Source of the DNA: Balanoglossus misakiensis
Taxonomy: Eukaryota > Animalia > Hemichordata
Assembly (NCBI GenBank): GCA_040954595.2
Contig: CM082586.2
Span: 10,447,337 to 10,511,336, forward strand
Length of the DNA: 64,000 nt
Direction: 5' to 3'
Shown piece after piece: positions 1-12,200 of the stretch (positions are counted from its first letter, which is position 1; each line of letters begins with the position of its first letter). The translations under genes and the position numbers were made by a program. A model generated the notes under the pieces. The model searched no databases. It had not been told where the DNA came from and was given only the letters and a program-made list of their open reading frames with translations.

Positions 1-293
1 AGTCCCACGAAAGTTGCGTCCAAAAACGGTATGCGAAATAATTGACAAAACTTGACTCGCTTACCTCAGATAGTGACGCCTTTGGGGTGATACCGAAGCT
101 GCTGACGTTGACTCAGCGAAACGACAAAATTTAACCATACGTGTACGACGCTGAAACCCGCGTCCGTACAACACCACTTTGGACTGAGTGACTGCGGGCA
201 AACTTTCACCGCTCCTTATATAAACCTCATTTACATAGCAGGTGGCATACAAAATGTCAGCCACCAATAGAAACGCAACAGTCAGCACTTACA
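1..293 (-). mobile_element. Terminus of an inserted element, LTR-like (starts TGTAAG on the minus strand), truncated by the window edge
   Basis: Non-satellite sequence abuts the satellite at ...CTTACA|AAATCATC. On the minus strand it starts TG, then shows ATTGG (CCAAT box), TATATAAG (~222-215), CAGT/TCAGT initiator-like sites (~194-183) and a GAG|GTAAGC donor-like site (~66-58). The family cannot be determined. Confidence 0.4.
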
Positions 294-3200
294 AAATCAT
301 CAAAAAATGACAAATTTTCGACTTCGCAAAATCTCAAAATTTCGTCAATTTTTGAAAAAATCAGGGGTAAAAATCATCAAAAAATGACAAATTTTCGTCT
401 TTGCTAAATCTCAATATTTCGTCGGTTTTTGAAAAATAATATGGGTGAAAATCATCAAAAAATGACAAATTTTCGACTTTGCAAAATCTCACAATTTCGT
501 CGATTTTTGAAAAAAATCATGGGTGAAAATCATCAAAAAATGACAAATTATCGACTTTGCAAAATCTCAAAATTTCGTCGATTTTGAAAAAAACCATTGG
601 GGGAAAATCATCAAAAAATGACAAATTATCGACTTTGCAAAATCTCAAAATTTCGTCCATTTTAAAAAAAAAACATGGGGGAAAATCATCAAAAAATGAC
701 AAATTTTCGACTTTGCAAAATCTCAAAATTTCGTCGATTTTGAAAAAAAACATTGGGGGAAAATCATCAAAAAATGACAAATTATCGACTTTGCACAATC
801 TCACAATTTCGTCGATTTTTGAAAAAAATCATGGGTGAAAATCATCAAAAAATTACAAATTTTCGACTTTGCAAAATCTCAACATTTCGTCGATTTTTGA
901 AAAAAATCATGGGTGAAAATCATCAAAAAATGACAAATTTTCGACTTTGCAAAATCTCACAATTTCGTCGATTTTTGAAAAAAATCATGGGTGAAAATCA
1001 TCAAAAAATGACAAATTTTCGACTTTGCAAATTCTCATAATTTCGTCGATTTTAAAAAAAAACATGGGGGAAAATCATCAAAAAATGACAAATTATCGAC
1101 TTTGCACAATCTCACAATTTCGTCGATTTTTGAAAAAAATCATGGGTGAAAATCATCAAAAAATTACAAATTTTCGACTTTGCAAAATCTCAACATTTCG
1201 TCGATTTTTGAAAAAAATCATGGGTGAAAATCATCAAAAAATGACAAATTTTCGACTTTGCAAAATCTCACAATTTCGTCGATTTTTGAAAAAAATCATG
1301 GGTGAAAATCATCAAAAAATTACAAATTTTCGACTTTGCAAAATCTCAACATTTCGTCGATTTTTGAAAAAAATCATGGGTGAAAATCATCAAAAAATTA
1401 CAAATTTTCGACTTTGCAAAATCTCAAAATTTCGTCGATTTTTGAAAAAAAATCATGGGTGAAAATCATCAAAAAATTACAAATTTTCGACTTTGCAAAA
1501 TCTCAAAATTTTGTCGATTTTTGAAAAAAAATCATGGGTTCGTTGATTTTTGAAAAAAAACATGGGTGAAAATCATGAAAAAATTACAAATTTTCGAATT
1601 TGCAAAATCACAAAATTTCGTCGATTTTTGAAAAAAAAAAACATGGGTGAAAATCATCAAAAAATTACAAATTTTCGACTTTGCAAAATCTCAAAATTTC
1701 GTAAATTTTTGAAAAAAAGTCATGGGTGAAAATCATCAAAAAATTACAAATTTTCGTCTTTGCAAAATCTCAAAATTTCGTCGATTTTTGAAAAAAAAAA
1801 TCATGGGTAAAAATCATCAAAAAATTACAAATTTTCGACTTTGCAAAATCTAAAAATTTTGTCGATTTTTGAAAAAAATCATGGGTGAAAATCATCAAAA
1901 AATGACAAATTTTCGTCTTTGCAAAATCTCAAAATTTCGTCCATTTTTGAATAAAAATCATGGGTGAAAATCATCAAAAAATGACACATTTTCGACTTTG
2001 CAAAATCTAAAAATTTCGTCGATTTTTGAAAAAAATCATGGTTGAAAATCATCAAAAAATGACAAAATTTTCGACTTTGTAAAATCACAAAATTTCGTCG
2101 ATTTTGAAAAAAATCATAGGTTCGTCGATTTCTAAAAAAAAACATGGGTGAAAATCATCAAAAAATGACAAATTTTCGACTTTGCAAAATCTCAAAATTT
2201 CGTCGATTTTTGAAAAAAATCATGGGTGAAAATCATCAAAAAATGACAAATTTTCGACTTCGCAAAATCTCAAAATTTCGTCAATTTTTGAAAAAATCAG
2301 GGGTAAAAATCATCAAAAAATGACAAATTTTCGTCTTTGCTAAATCTCAATATTTCGTCGGTTTTTGAAAAATAATATGGGTGAAAATCATCAAAAAATG
2401 ACAAATTTTCGACTTTGCAAAATCTCACAATTTCGTCGATTTTTGAAAAAAATCATGGGTGAAAATCATCAAAAAATGACAAATTATCGACTTTGCAAAA
2501 TCTCAAAATTTCGTCGATTTTGAAAAAAACCATTGGGGGAAAATCATCAAAAAATGACAAATTATCGACTTTGCAAAATCTCAAAATTTCGTCCATTTTA
2601 AAAAAAAAACATGGGGGAAAATCATCAAAAAATGACAAATTTTCGACTTTGCAAAATCTCAAAATTTCGTCGATTTTGAAAAAAAACATTGGGGGAAAAT
2701 CATCAAAAAATGACAAATTATCGACTTTGCACAATCTCACAATTTCGTCGATTTTTGAAAAAAATCATGGGTGAAAATCATCAAAAAATTACAAATTTTC
2801 GACTTTGCAAAATCTCAACATTTCGTCGATTTTTGAAAAAAATCATGGGTGAAAATCATCAAAAAATGACAAATTTTCGACTTTGCAAAATCTCACAATT
2901 TCGTCGATTTTTGAAAAAAATCATGGGTGAAAATCATCAAAAAATTACAAATTTTCGACTTTGCAAAATCTCAACATTTCGTCGATTTTTGAAAAAAATC
3001 ATGGGTGAAAATCATCAAAAAATGACAAATTTTCGACTTTGCAAAATCTCAAAATTTCGTCAATTTTTGAAAAAATCATGGGTGAAAATCATCAAAAAAT
3101 GACAAATTTTCGTCTTTGCAAAATCTCAAAATTTCGTCAGTTTTTGAAAAATAATATGGTTGAAAATCATCAAAAAATGACAAAATTATCGACTTTGCAA

Positions 3201-6200
3201 AATCTCACAATTTCGTCGATTTTTGAAAAAAAATCATGGGTGAAAATCATCAAAAAATTACAAATTTTCGACTTTGCAAAATCTCAACATTTCGTCGATT
3301 TTTGAAAAAAATCATGGGTGAAAATCATCAAAAAATGACAAATTTTCGACTTTGCAAAATCTCAAAATTTCGTCCATTTTAAAAAAAAAACATGGGGGAA
3401 AATCATCAAAAAATGAGAATATTTTCGACTTTGCAAAATCTCAAAATTTCGTCGATTTTGAAAAAAATCATAGGTTCGTCGATTTAAAAAAAAAACATGG
3501 GTGAAAATCATCAAAAAATGACAAATTTTCGACTTTGCAAAATCTCACAATTTCGTCGATTTTTGAAAAAAATCATGGGAGAAAATCATCAAAAAATGAC
3601 AAATTTTCGACTTTGCAAAATCTCAACATTTCGTCGATTTTTGAAAAAAATCATGGGTGAAAATCATCAAAAAATGACAAATTTTCGACTTTGCAAAATC
3701 TCAAAATTTCGTCGATTTTTGAAAAAAAATCATGGGTGTAAATCATCAAAAAATGACAAATTTTCGTCTTTGCAAAATCTCAAAATTTCGTCCATTTTTG
3801 AATAAAAATCATGAGTGAAAATCATCAAAAAATGACACATTTTCGACTTTGCAAAATCTAAAAATTTCGTCGATTTTTGAAAAAAATCATGGTTGAAAAT
3901 CATCAAAAAATGACAAAATTTTCGACTTTGTAAAATCACAAAATTTCGTCGATTTTGAAAAAAATCATAGGTTCGTCGATTTCTAAAAAAAAACATTGGT
4001 GAAAATCATCAAAAAATGACAAATTTACGACTTTGCAAAATCTCAAAATTTCGTCGATTTTTGAAAAAAATCATGGGTGAAAATCATCAAAAAATGACAA
4101 ATTTTCGACTTCGCAAAATCTCAAAATTTCGTCAATTTTTGAAAAAATCAGGGGTAAAAATCATCAAAAAATGACAAATTTTCGTCTTTGCTAAATCTCA
4201 AAATTTCGTCGGTTTTTGAAAAATAATATGGGTGAAAATCATCAAAAAATGACAAATTTTCGACTTTGCAAAATCTCAACATTTCGTCGATTTTTGAAAA
4301 AAATCATGGGTGAAAATCATCAAAAAATGACAAATTTTCGACTTTGCAAAATCTCAAAATTTCGTCCATTTTAAAAAAAAAACATGGGGGAAAATCATCA
4401 AAAAATGACAAATTTTCGACTTTGCAAAATCTCACAATTTCGTCGATTTTTGAAAAAAATCATGGGAGAAAATCATCAAAAAATGACAAATTTTCGACTT
4501 TGCAAAATCTCAACATTTCGTCGATTTTTGAAAAAAATCATGGGTGAAAATCATCAAAAAATGACAAATTTTCGACTTTGCAAAATCTCACAATTTCGTC
4601 GATTTTTGAAAAAAATCATGGGTGAAAATCATCAAAAAATTACAAATTTTCGACTTTGCAAAATCTCAACATTTCGTCAATTTTTGAAAAAATCATGGGT
4701 GAAAATCATCAAAAAATGACAAATTTTCGTCTTTGCAAAATCTCAAAATTTCGTCGGTTTTTGAAAAATAATATGGTTGAAAATCATCAAAAAATGACAA
4801 AATTATCGACTTTGCAAAATCTCACAATTTCGTCGATTTTTGAAAAAAAATCATGGGTGAAAATCATCAAAAAATGACAAATTTTCGACTTTGCAAAATC
4901 TCAAAATTTCGTCCATTTTAAAAAAAAAACATGGGGGAAAATCATCAAAAAATGAGAAAATTTTCGACTTTGCAAAATCTCAACATTTCGTCGATTTTTG
5001 AAAAAAATCATGGGTGAAAATCATCAAAAAATTACAAATTTTCGACTTTGCAAAATCTCAACATTTCGTCGATTTTTGAAAAAAATCATGGGTGAAAATC
5101 ATCAAAAAATGACAAATTTTCGACTTTGCAAAATCTCAAAATTTCGTCAATTTTTGAAAAAATCATGGGTGAAAATCATCAAAAAATGACAAATTTTCGT
5201 CTTTGCAAAATCTCAAAATTTCGTCAGTTTTTGAAAAATAATATGGTTGAAAATCATCAAAAAATGACTTAATTATCGACTTTGCAAAATCTCACAATTT
5301 CGTCGATTTTTGAAAAAAAATCATGGGTGAAAATCATCAAAAAATTACAAATTTTCGACTTTGCAAAATCTCAACATTTCGTCGATTTTTGAAAAAAATC
5401 ATGGGTGAAAATCATCAAAAAATGACAAATTTTCGACTTTGCAAAATCTCAAAATTTCGTCCATTTAAAAAAAAAAACATGGGGGAAAATCATCAAAAAA
5501 TGAGAATATTTTCGACTTTGCAAAATCTCAAAATTTCGTCGATTTTGAAAAAAATCATAGGTTCGTCGATTTAAAAAAAAAACATGGGTGAAAATCATCA
5601 AAAAATGACAAATTTTCGACTTTGCAAAATCTCACAATTTCGTCGATTTTTGAAAAAAATCATGGGAGAAAATCATCAAAAAATGACAAATTTTCGACTT
5701 TGCAAAATCTCAACATTTCGTCGATTTTTGAAAAAAATCATGGGTGAAAATCATCAAAAAATGACAAATTTTCGACTTTGCAAAATCTCAAAATTTCGTC
5801 GATTTTTGAAAAAAAATCATGGGTGTAAATCATCAAAAAATGACAAATTTTCGTCTTTGCAAAATCTCAAAATTTCGTCCATTTTTGAATAAAAATCATG
5901 GGTGAAAATCATCAAAAAATGACACATTTTCGACTTTGCAAAATCTAAAAATTTCGTCGATTTTTGAAAAAAATCATGGTTGAAAATCATCAAAAAATGA
6001 CAAAATTTTCGACTTTGTAAAATCACAAAATTTCGTCGATTTTGAAAAAAATCATAGGTTCGTCGATTTCTAAAAAAAAACATTGGTGAAAATCATCAAA
6101 AAATGACAAATTTTCGACTTTGCAAAATCTCACAATTTCGTCGATTTTTGAAAAAAATCATGGGAGAAAATCATCAAAAAATGACAAATTTTCGACTTTG

Positions 6201-9200
6201 CAAAATCTCAACATTTCGTCGATTTTTGAAAAAAATCATGGGTGAAAATCATCAAAAAATGACAAATTTTCGACTTTGCAAAATCTCACAATTTCGTCGA
6301 TTTTTGAAAAAAATCATGGGTGAAAATCATCAAAAAATTACAAATTTTCGACTTTGCAAAATCTCAACATTTCGTCAATTTTTGAAAAAATCATGGGTGA
6401 AAATCATCAAAAAATGACAAATTTTCGTCTTTGCAAAATCTCAAAATTTCGTCGGTTTTTGAAAAATAATATGGTTGAAAATCATCAAAAAATGACAAAA
6501 TTTTCGACTTTGTAAAATCACAAAATTTCGTCGATTTTGAAAAAAATCATAGGTTCGTCGATTTCTAAAAAAAAACATGGGTGAAAATCATCAAAAAATG
6601 ACAAATTTTCGACTTTGCAAAATCTCAAAATTTCGTCGATTTTTGAAAAAAATCATGGGTGAAAATCATCAAAAAATGACAAATTTTCGACTTCGCAAAA
6701 TCTCAAAATTTCGTCAATTTTTGAAAAAATCAGGGGTAAAAATCATCAAAAAATGACAAATTTTCGTCTTTGCTAAATCTCAAAATTTCGTCGGTTTTTG
6801 AAAAATAATATGGGTGAAAATCATCAAAAAATGACAAATTTTCGACTTTGCAAAATCTCAACATTTCGTCGATTTTTGAAAAAAATCATGGGTGAAAATC
6901 ATCAAAAAATGACAAATTTTCGACTTCGCAAAATCTCAAAATTTCGTCAATTTTTGAAAAAATCAGGGGTAAAAATCATCAAAAAATGACAAATTTTCGT
7001 CTTTGCTAAATCTCAAAATTTCGTCGGTTTTTGAAAAATAATATGGGTGAAAATCATCAAAAAATGACAAATTTTCGACTTTGCAAAATCTCAAAATTTC
7101 GTCCATTTTAAAAAAAAAACATTGGGGAAAATCATCAAAAAATGAGAAAATTTTCGACTTTGCAAAATCTCAAAATTTCGTCGATTTTGAAAAAAATCAT
7201 AGGTTCGTCGATTTAAAAAAAAAAACATGGGTGAAAATCATCAAAAAATGACAAATTTTCGACTATGCAAAATCTCAACATTTCGTCGATTTTTGAAAAA
7301 AATCATGGGTGAAAATCATCAAAAAATGACAAATTATCGACTTTGCAAAATCTCACAATTTCGTCGATTTTTGAAAAAAATCATGGGTGAAAATCATCAA
7401 AAAATGACAAATTTTCGTCTTTGCAAAATCTCAAAATTTCGTCCATTTTTGAATAAAAATCATGGGTGAAAATCATCAAAAAATGACACATTTTCGACTT
7501 TGCAAAATCTAAAAATTTCGTCGATTTTTGAAAAAAATCATGGGTGATAATCATCAAAAAATGACAAATTATCGACTTTGCAAAATCTCAAAATTTCGTC
7601 GATTTTGAAAAAAACCATTGGGGGAAAATCATCAAAAAATGACAAATTATCGACTTTGCAAAATCTCAAAATTTCGTCCATTTTAAAAAAAAAACATGGG
7701 GGAAAATCATCAAAAAATGACAAATTTTCGACTTTGCAAAATCTCAACATTTCATCGATTTTTGAAAAAAATCATGGGTGAAAATCATCAAAAAATGACA
7801 AATTTTCGACTTCGCAAAATCTCAAAATTTCGTCAATTTTTGAAAAAATCAGGGGTAAAAATCATCAAAAAATGACAAATTTTCGTCTTTGCTAAATCTC
7901 AAAATTTCGTCGGTTTTTGAAAAATAATATGGGTGAAAATCATCAAAAAATGACAAATTTTCGACTTTGCAAAATCTCAACATTTCGTCGATTTTTGAAA
8001 AAAATCATGGGTGAAAATCATCAAAAAATGACAAATTTTCGACTTTGCAAAATCTCAAAATTTCGTCCATTTTAAAAAAAAACATTGGGGAAAATCATCA
8101 AAAAATGAGAAAATTTTCGACTTTGCAAAATCTCAAAATTTCGTCGATTTTGAAAAAAATCATAGGTTCGTCGATTTAAAAAAAAAAACATGGGTGAAAA
8201 TCATCAAAAAATGACAAATTATCGACTTTGCAAAATCTCACAATTTCGTCGATTTTTGAAAAAAATCATGGGTGAAAATCATCAAAAAATGACAAATTTT
8301 CGTCTTTGCAAAATCTCAAAATTTCGTCCATTTTTGAATAAAAATCATGGGTGAAAATCATCAAAAAATGACACATTTTCGACTTTGCAAAATCTAAAAA
8401 TTTCGTCGATTTTTGAAAAAAATCATGGGTGATAATCATCAAAAAATGACAAATTATCGACTTTGCAAAATCTCAAAATTTCGTCGATTTTGAAAAAAAC
8501 CATTGGGGGAAAATCATCAAAAAATGACAAATTATCGACTTTGCAAAATCTCAAAATTTCGTCCATTTTAAAAAAAAAACATGGGGGAAAATCATCAAAA
8601 AATGACAAATTTTCGACTTTGCAAAATCTCAACATTTCATCGATTTTTGAAAAAAATCATGGGTGAAAATCATCAAAAAATGACAAATTTTCGTCTATGC
8701 AAAATCTCAAAATTTCGTCGGTTTTTGAAAAATAATATGGTTGAAAATCATCAAAAAATGACAAAATTATCGACTTTGCAAAATCTCACAATTTCGTCGA
8801 TTTTTGAAAAAAAATCATGGGTGAAAATCATCAAAAAATTACAAATTTTCGACTTTGCAAAATCTCAACATTTCGTCGATTTTTGAAAAAAATCATGGGT
8901 GAAAATCATCAAAAAATGACAAATTTTCGACTTTGCAAAATCTCAAAATTTCGTCCATTTTAAAAAAAAAACATGGGGGAAAATCATCAAAAAATGAGAA
9001 AATTTTCGACTTTGCAAAATCTCAAAATTTCGTCGATTTTGAAAAAAAACATTGGGGGAAAATCATCAAAAAATGACAAATTATCGACTTTGCAAAATCT
9101 CACAATTTCGTCGATTTTTGAAAAAAATCATGGGTGAAAATCATCAAAAAATTACAAATTTTCGACTTTGCAAAATCTCAACATTTCGTCGATTTTTGAA

Positions 9201-12200
9201 AAAAATCATGGGTGAAAATCATCAAAAAATTACAAATTTTCGACTTTGCAAAATCTCAACATTTCGTCGATTTTTGAAAAAAATCATGGGTGAAAATCAT
9301 CAAAAAATGACAAATTTTCGACTTTGCAAAATCTCAAAATTTCGTCAATTTTTGAAAAAATCATGGGTGAAAATCATCAAAAAATGACAAATTTTCGTCT
9401 ATGCAAAATCTCAAAATTTCGTCGGTTTTTGAAAAATAATATGGTTGAAAATCATCAAAAAATGACAAAATTATCGACTTTGCAAAATCTCAACATTTCG
9501 TCGATTTTTGAAAAAAATCATGGGTGAAAATCATCAAAAAATGACAAATTTTCGACTTTGCAAAATCTCAAAATTTCGTCGATTTTGAAAAAAATCATAG
9601 GTTCGTCGATTTAAAAAAAAAAAACATGGGTGAAAATCATCAAAAAATGACAAATTTTCGACTTTGCAAAATCTCACAATTTCGTCGATTTTTGAAAAAA
9701 ATCATGGGAGAAAATCATCAAAAAATGACAAATTTTCGACTTTGCAAAATCTCAACATTTCGTCGATTTTTGAAAAAAATCATGGGTGAAAATCATCAAA
9801 AAATGACAAATTTTCGACTTTGCAAAATCTCAACATTTCGTCGATTTTTGAAAAAAATCATGGGTGAAAATCATCGAAAAATGACAAATTTTCGACTTTG
9901 CAAAATCTCAAAATTTCGTCGATTTTGAAAAAAATCATAGGTTCGTCGTTTTTTTTAAAAAAAAACATGGGTGAAAATCATCAAAAAATGACAAATTTTT
10001 GACTTTGCAAAATCTCACAATTTCGTCGATTTTTGAAAAAAATCATGGGTGAAAATCATCAAAAAATGACAAATTTTCGACTTTGCAAAATCTCAAAATT
10101 TCGTCCATTTTAAAAAAAAAACATGGGGGAAAATCATCAAAAAATGACAAATTTTCGACTTTGCAAAATCTCAAAATTTCGTCGATTTTGAAAAAAACCA
10201 TTGGGGGAAAATCATCAAAAAATGACAAATTTTCGACTTTGCAAAATCTCAAAATTTCGTCAATTTTTGAAAAAATCATGGGTGAAAATCATCAAAAAAT
10301 TACAAATTTTCGTCTATGCAAAATCTCAAAATTTCGTCGGTTTTTGAAAAATAATATGGTTGAAAATCATCAAAAAATGACAAAATTATCGACTTTGCAA
10401 AATCTCAACATTTCGTCGATTTTTGAAAAAAATCATGGGTGAAAATCATCAAAAAATGACAAATTTTCGACTTTGCAAAATCTCAAAATTTCGTCGATTT
10501 TGAAAAAAATCATAGGTTCGTCGATTTAAAAAAAAAAACATGGGTGAAAATCATCAAAAAATGACAAATTTTCGACTTTGCAAAATCTCACAATTTCGTC
10601 GATTTTTGAAAAAAATCATGGGAGAAAATCATCAAAAAATGACAAATTTTCGACTTTGCAAAATCTCAACATTTCGTCGATTTTTGAAAAAAATCATGGG
10701 TGAAAATCATCAAAAAATGACAAATTTTCGACTTTGCAAAATCTCAACATTTCGTCGATTTTTGAAAAAAATCATGGGTGAAAATCATCAAAAAATGACA
10801 AATTTTCGACTTTGCAAAATCTCAAAATTTCGTCGATTTTGAAAAAAATCATAGGTTCGTCGTTTTTTTAAAAAAAAAACATGGGTGAAAATCATCAAAA
10901 AATGACAAATTTTTGACTTTGCAAAATCTCACAATTTCGTCGATTTTTGAAAAAAATCATGGGTGAAAATCATCAAAAAATGACAAATTTTCGACTTTGC
11001 AAAATCTCAAAATTTCGTCCATTTTAAAAAAAAAACATGGGGGAAAATCATCAAAAAATGACAAATTTTCGACTTTGCAAAATCTCAAAATTTCGTCGAT
11101 TTTGAAAAAAACCATTGGGGGAAAATCATCAAAAAATGACAAATTTTCGACTTTGCAAAATCTCAAAATTTCGTCGATTTTGAAAAAAAACCATTGGGGG
11201 AAAATCATCAAAAAATTACAAATTTTCGACTTTGCAAAATCTCAACATTTCGTCGATTTTGAAAAAAAACCATTGGGGGAAAATCATCAAAAAATTACAA
11301 ATTTTCGACTTTGCAAAATCTCAACATTTCGTCGATTTTTGAAAAAAATCATGGGTGAAAATAATCAAAAAATGACAAATTTTCGACTTTGCAAAATCTC
11401 AAAATTTCGTCGATTTTGAAAAAAATCATAGGTTCGTCGATTTTAAAAAAAAAACATGGGTGAAAATCATCAAAAAATGACAAATTTTCGACTTTGCAAA
11501 ATCTCACAATTTTGTCGATTTTTGAAAAAAATCATGGGAGAAAATCATCAAAAAATGACAAATTTTCGACTTTGCAAAATCTCAAAATTTCGTCGATTTT
11601 GAAAAAAATCATAGGTTCGTCGATTTAAAAAAAAAAAACATGGGTGAAAATCATCAAAAAATGACAAATTTTCGACTTTGCAAAATCTCACAATTTCGTC
11701 GATTTTTGAAAAAAATCATGGGAGAAAATCATCAAAAAATGACAAATTTTCGACTTTGCAAAATCTCAACATTTCGTCGATTTTTGAAAAAAATCATGGG
11801 TGAAAATCATCAAAAAATGACAAATTTTCGACTTTGCAAAATCTTAAAATTTCGTCGATTTTTGAAAAAAAATCATGGGTGAAAATCATCAAAAAATGAC
11901 AAATTTTCGACTTTGCAAAATCTCAAAATTTCGTCGATTTTGAAAAAAATCATAGGTTCGTCGTTTTTTTAAAAAAAAAACATGGGTGAAAATCATCAAA
12001 AAATGACAAATTTTTGACTTTGCAAAATCTCACAATTTCGTCGATTTTTGAAAAAAATCATGGGTGAAAATCATCAAAAAATGACAAATTTTCGACTTTG
12101 CAAAATCTCAAAATTTCGTCCATTTTAAAAAAAAAACATGGGGGAAAAACATCAAAAAATGACAAATTTTCGACTTTGCAAAATCTCAAAATTTCGTCGA

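Noticed and set aside
806-825. CENP-B box-like TTCG motif
   Set aside because: TTCGTCGATTTTTGAAA lacks the A..CGGG part of the CENP-B box.
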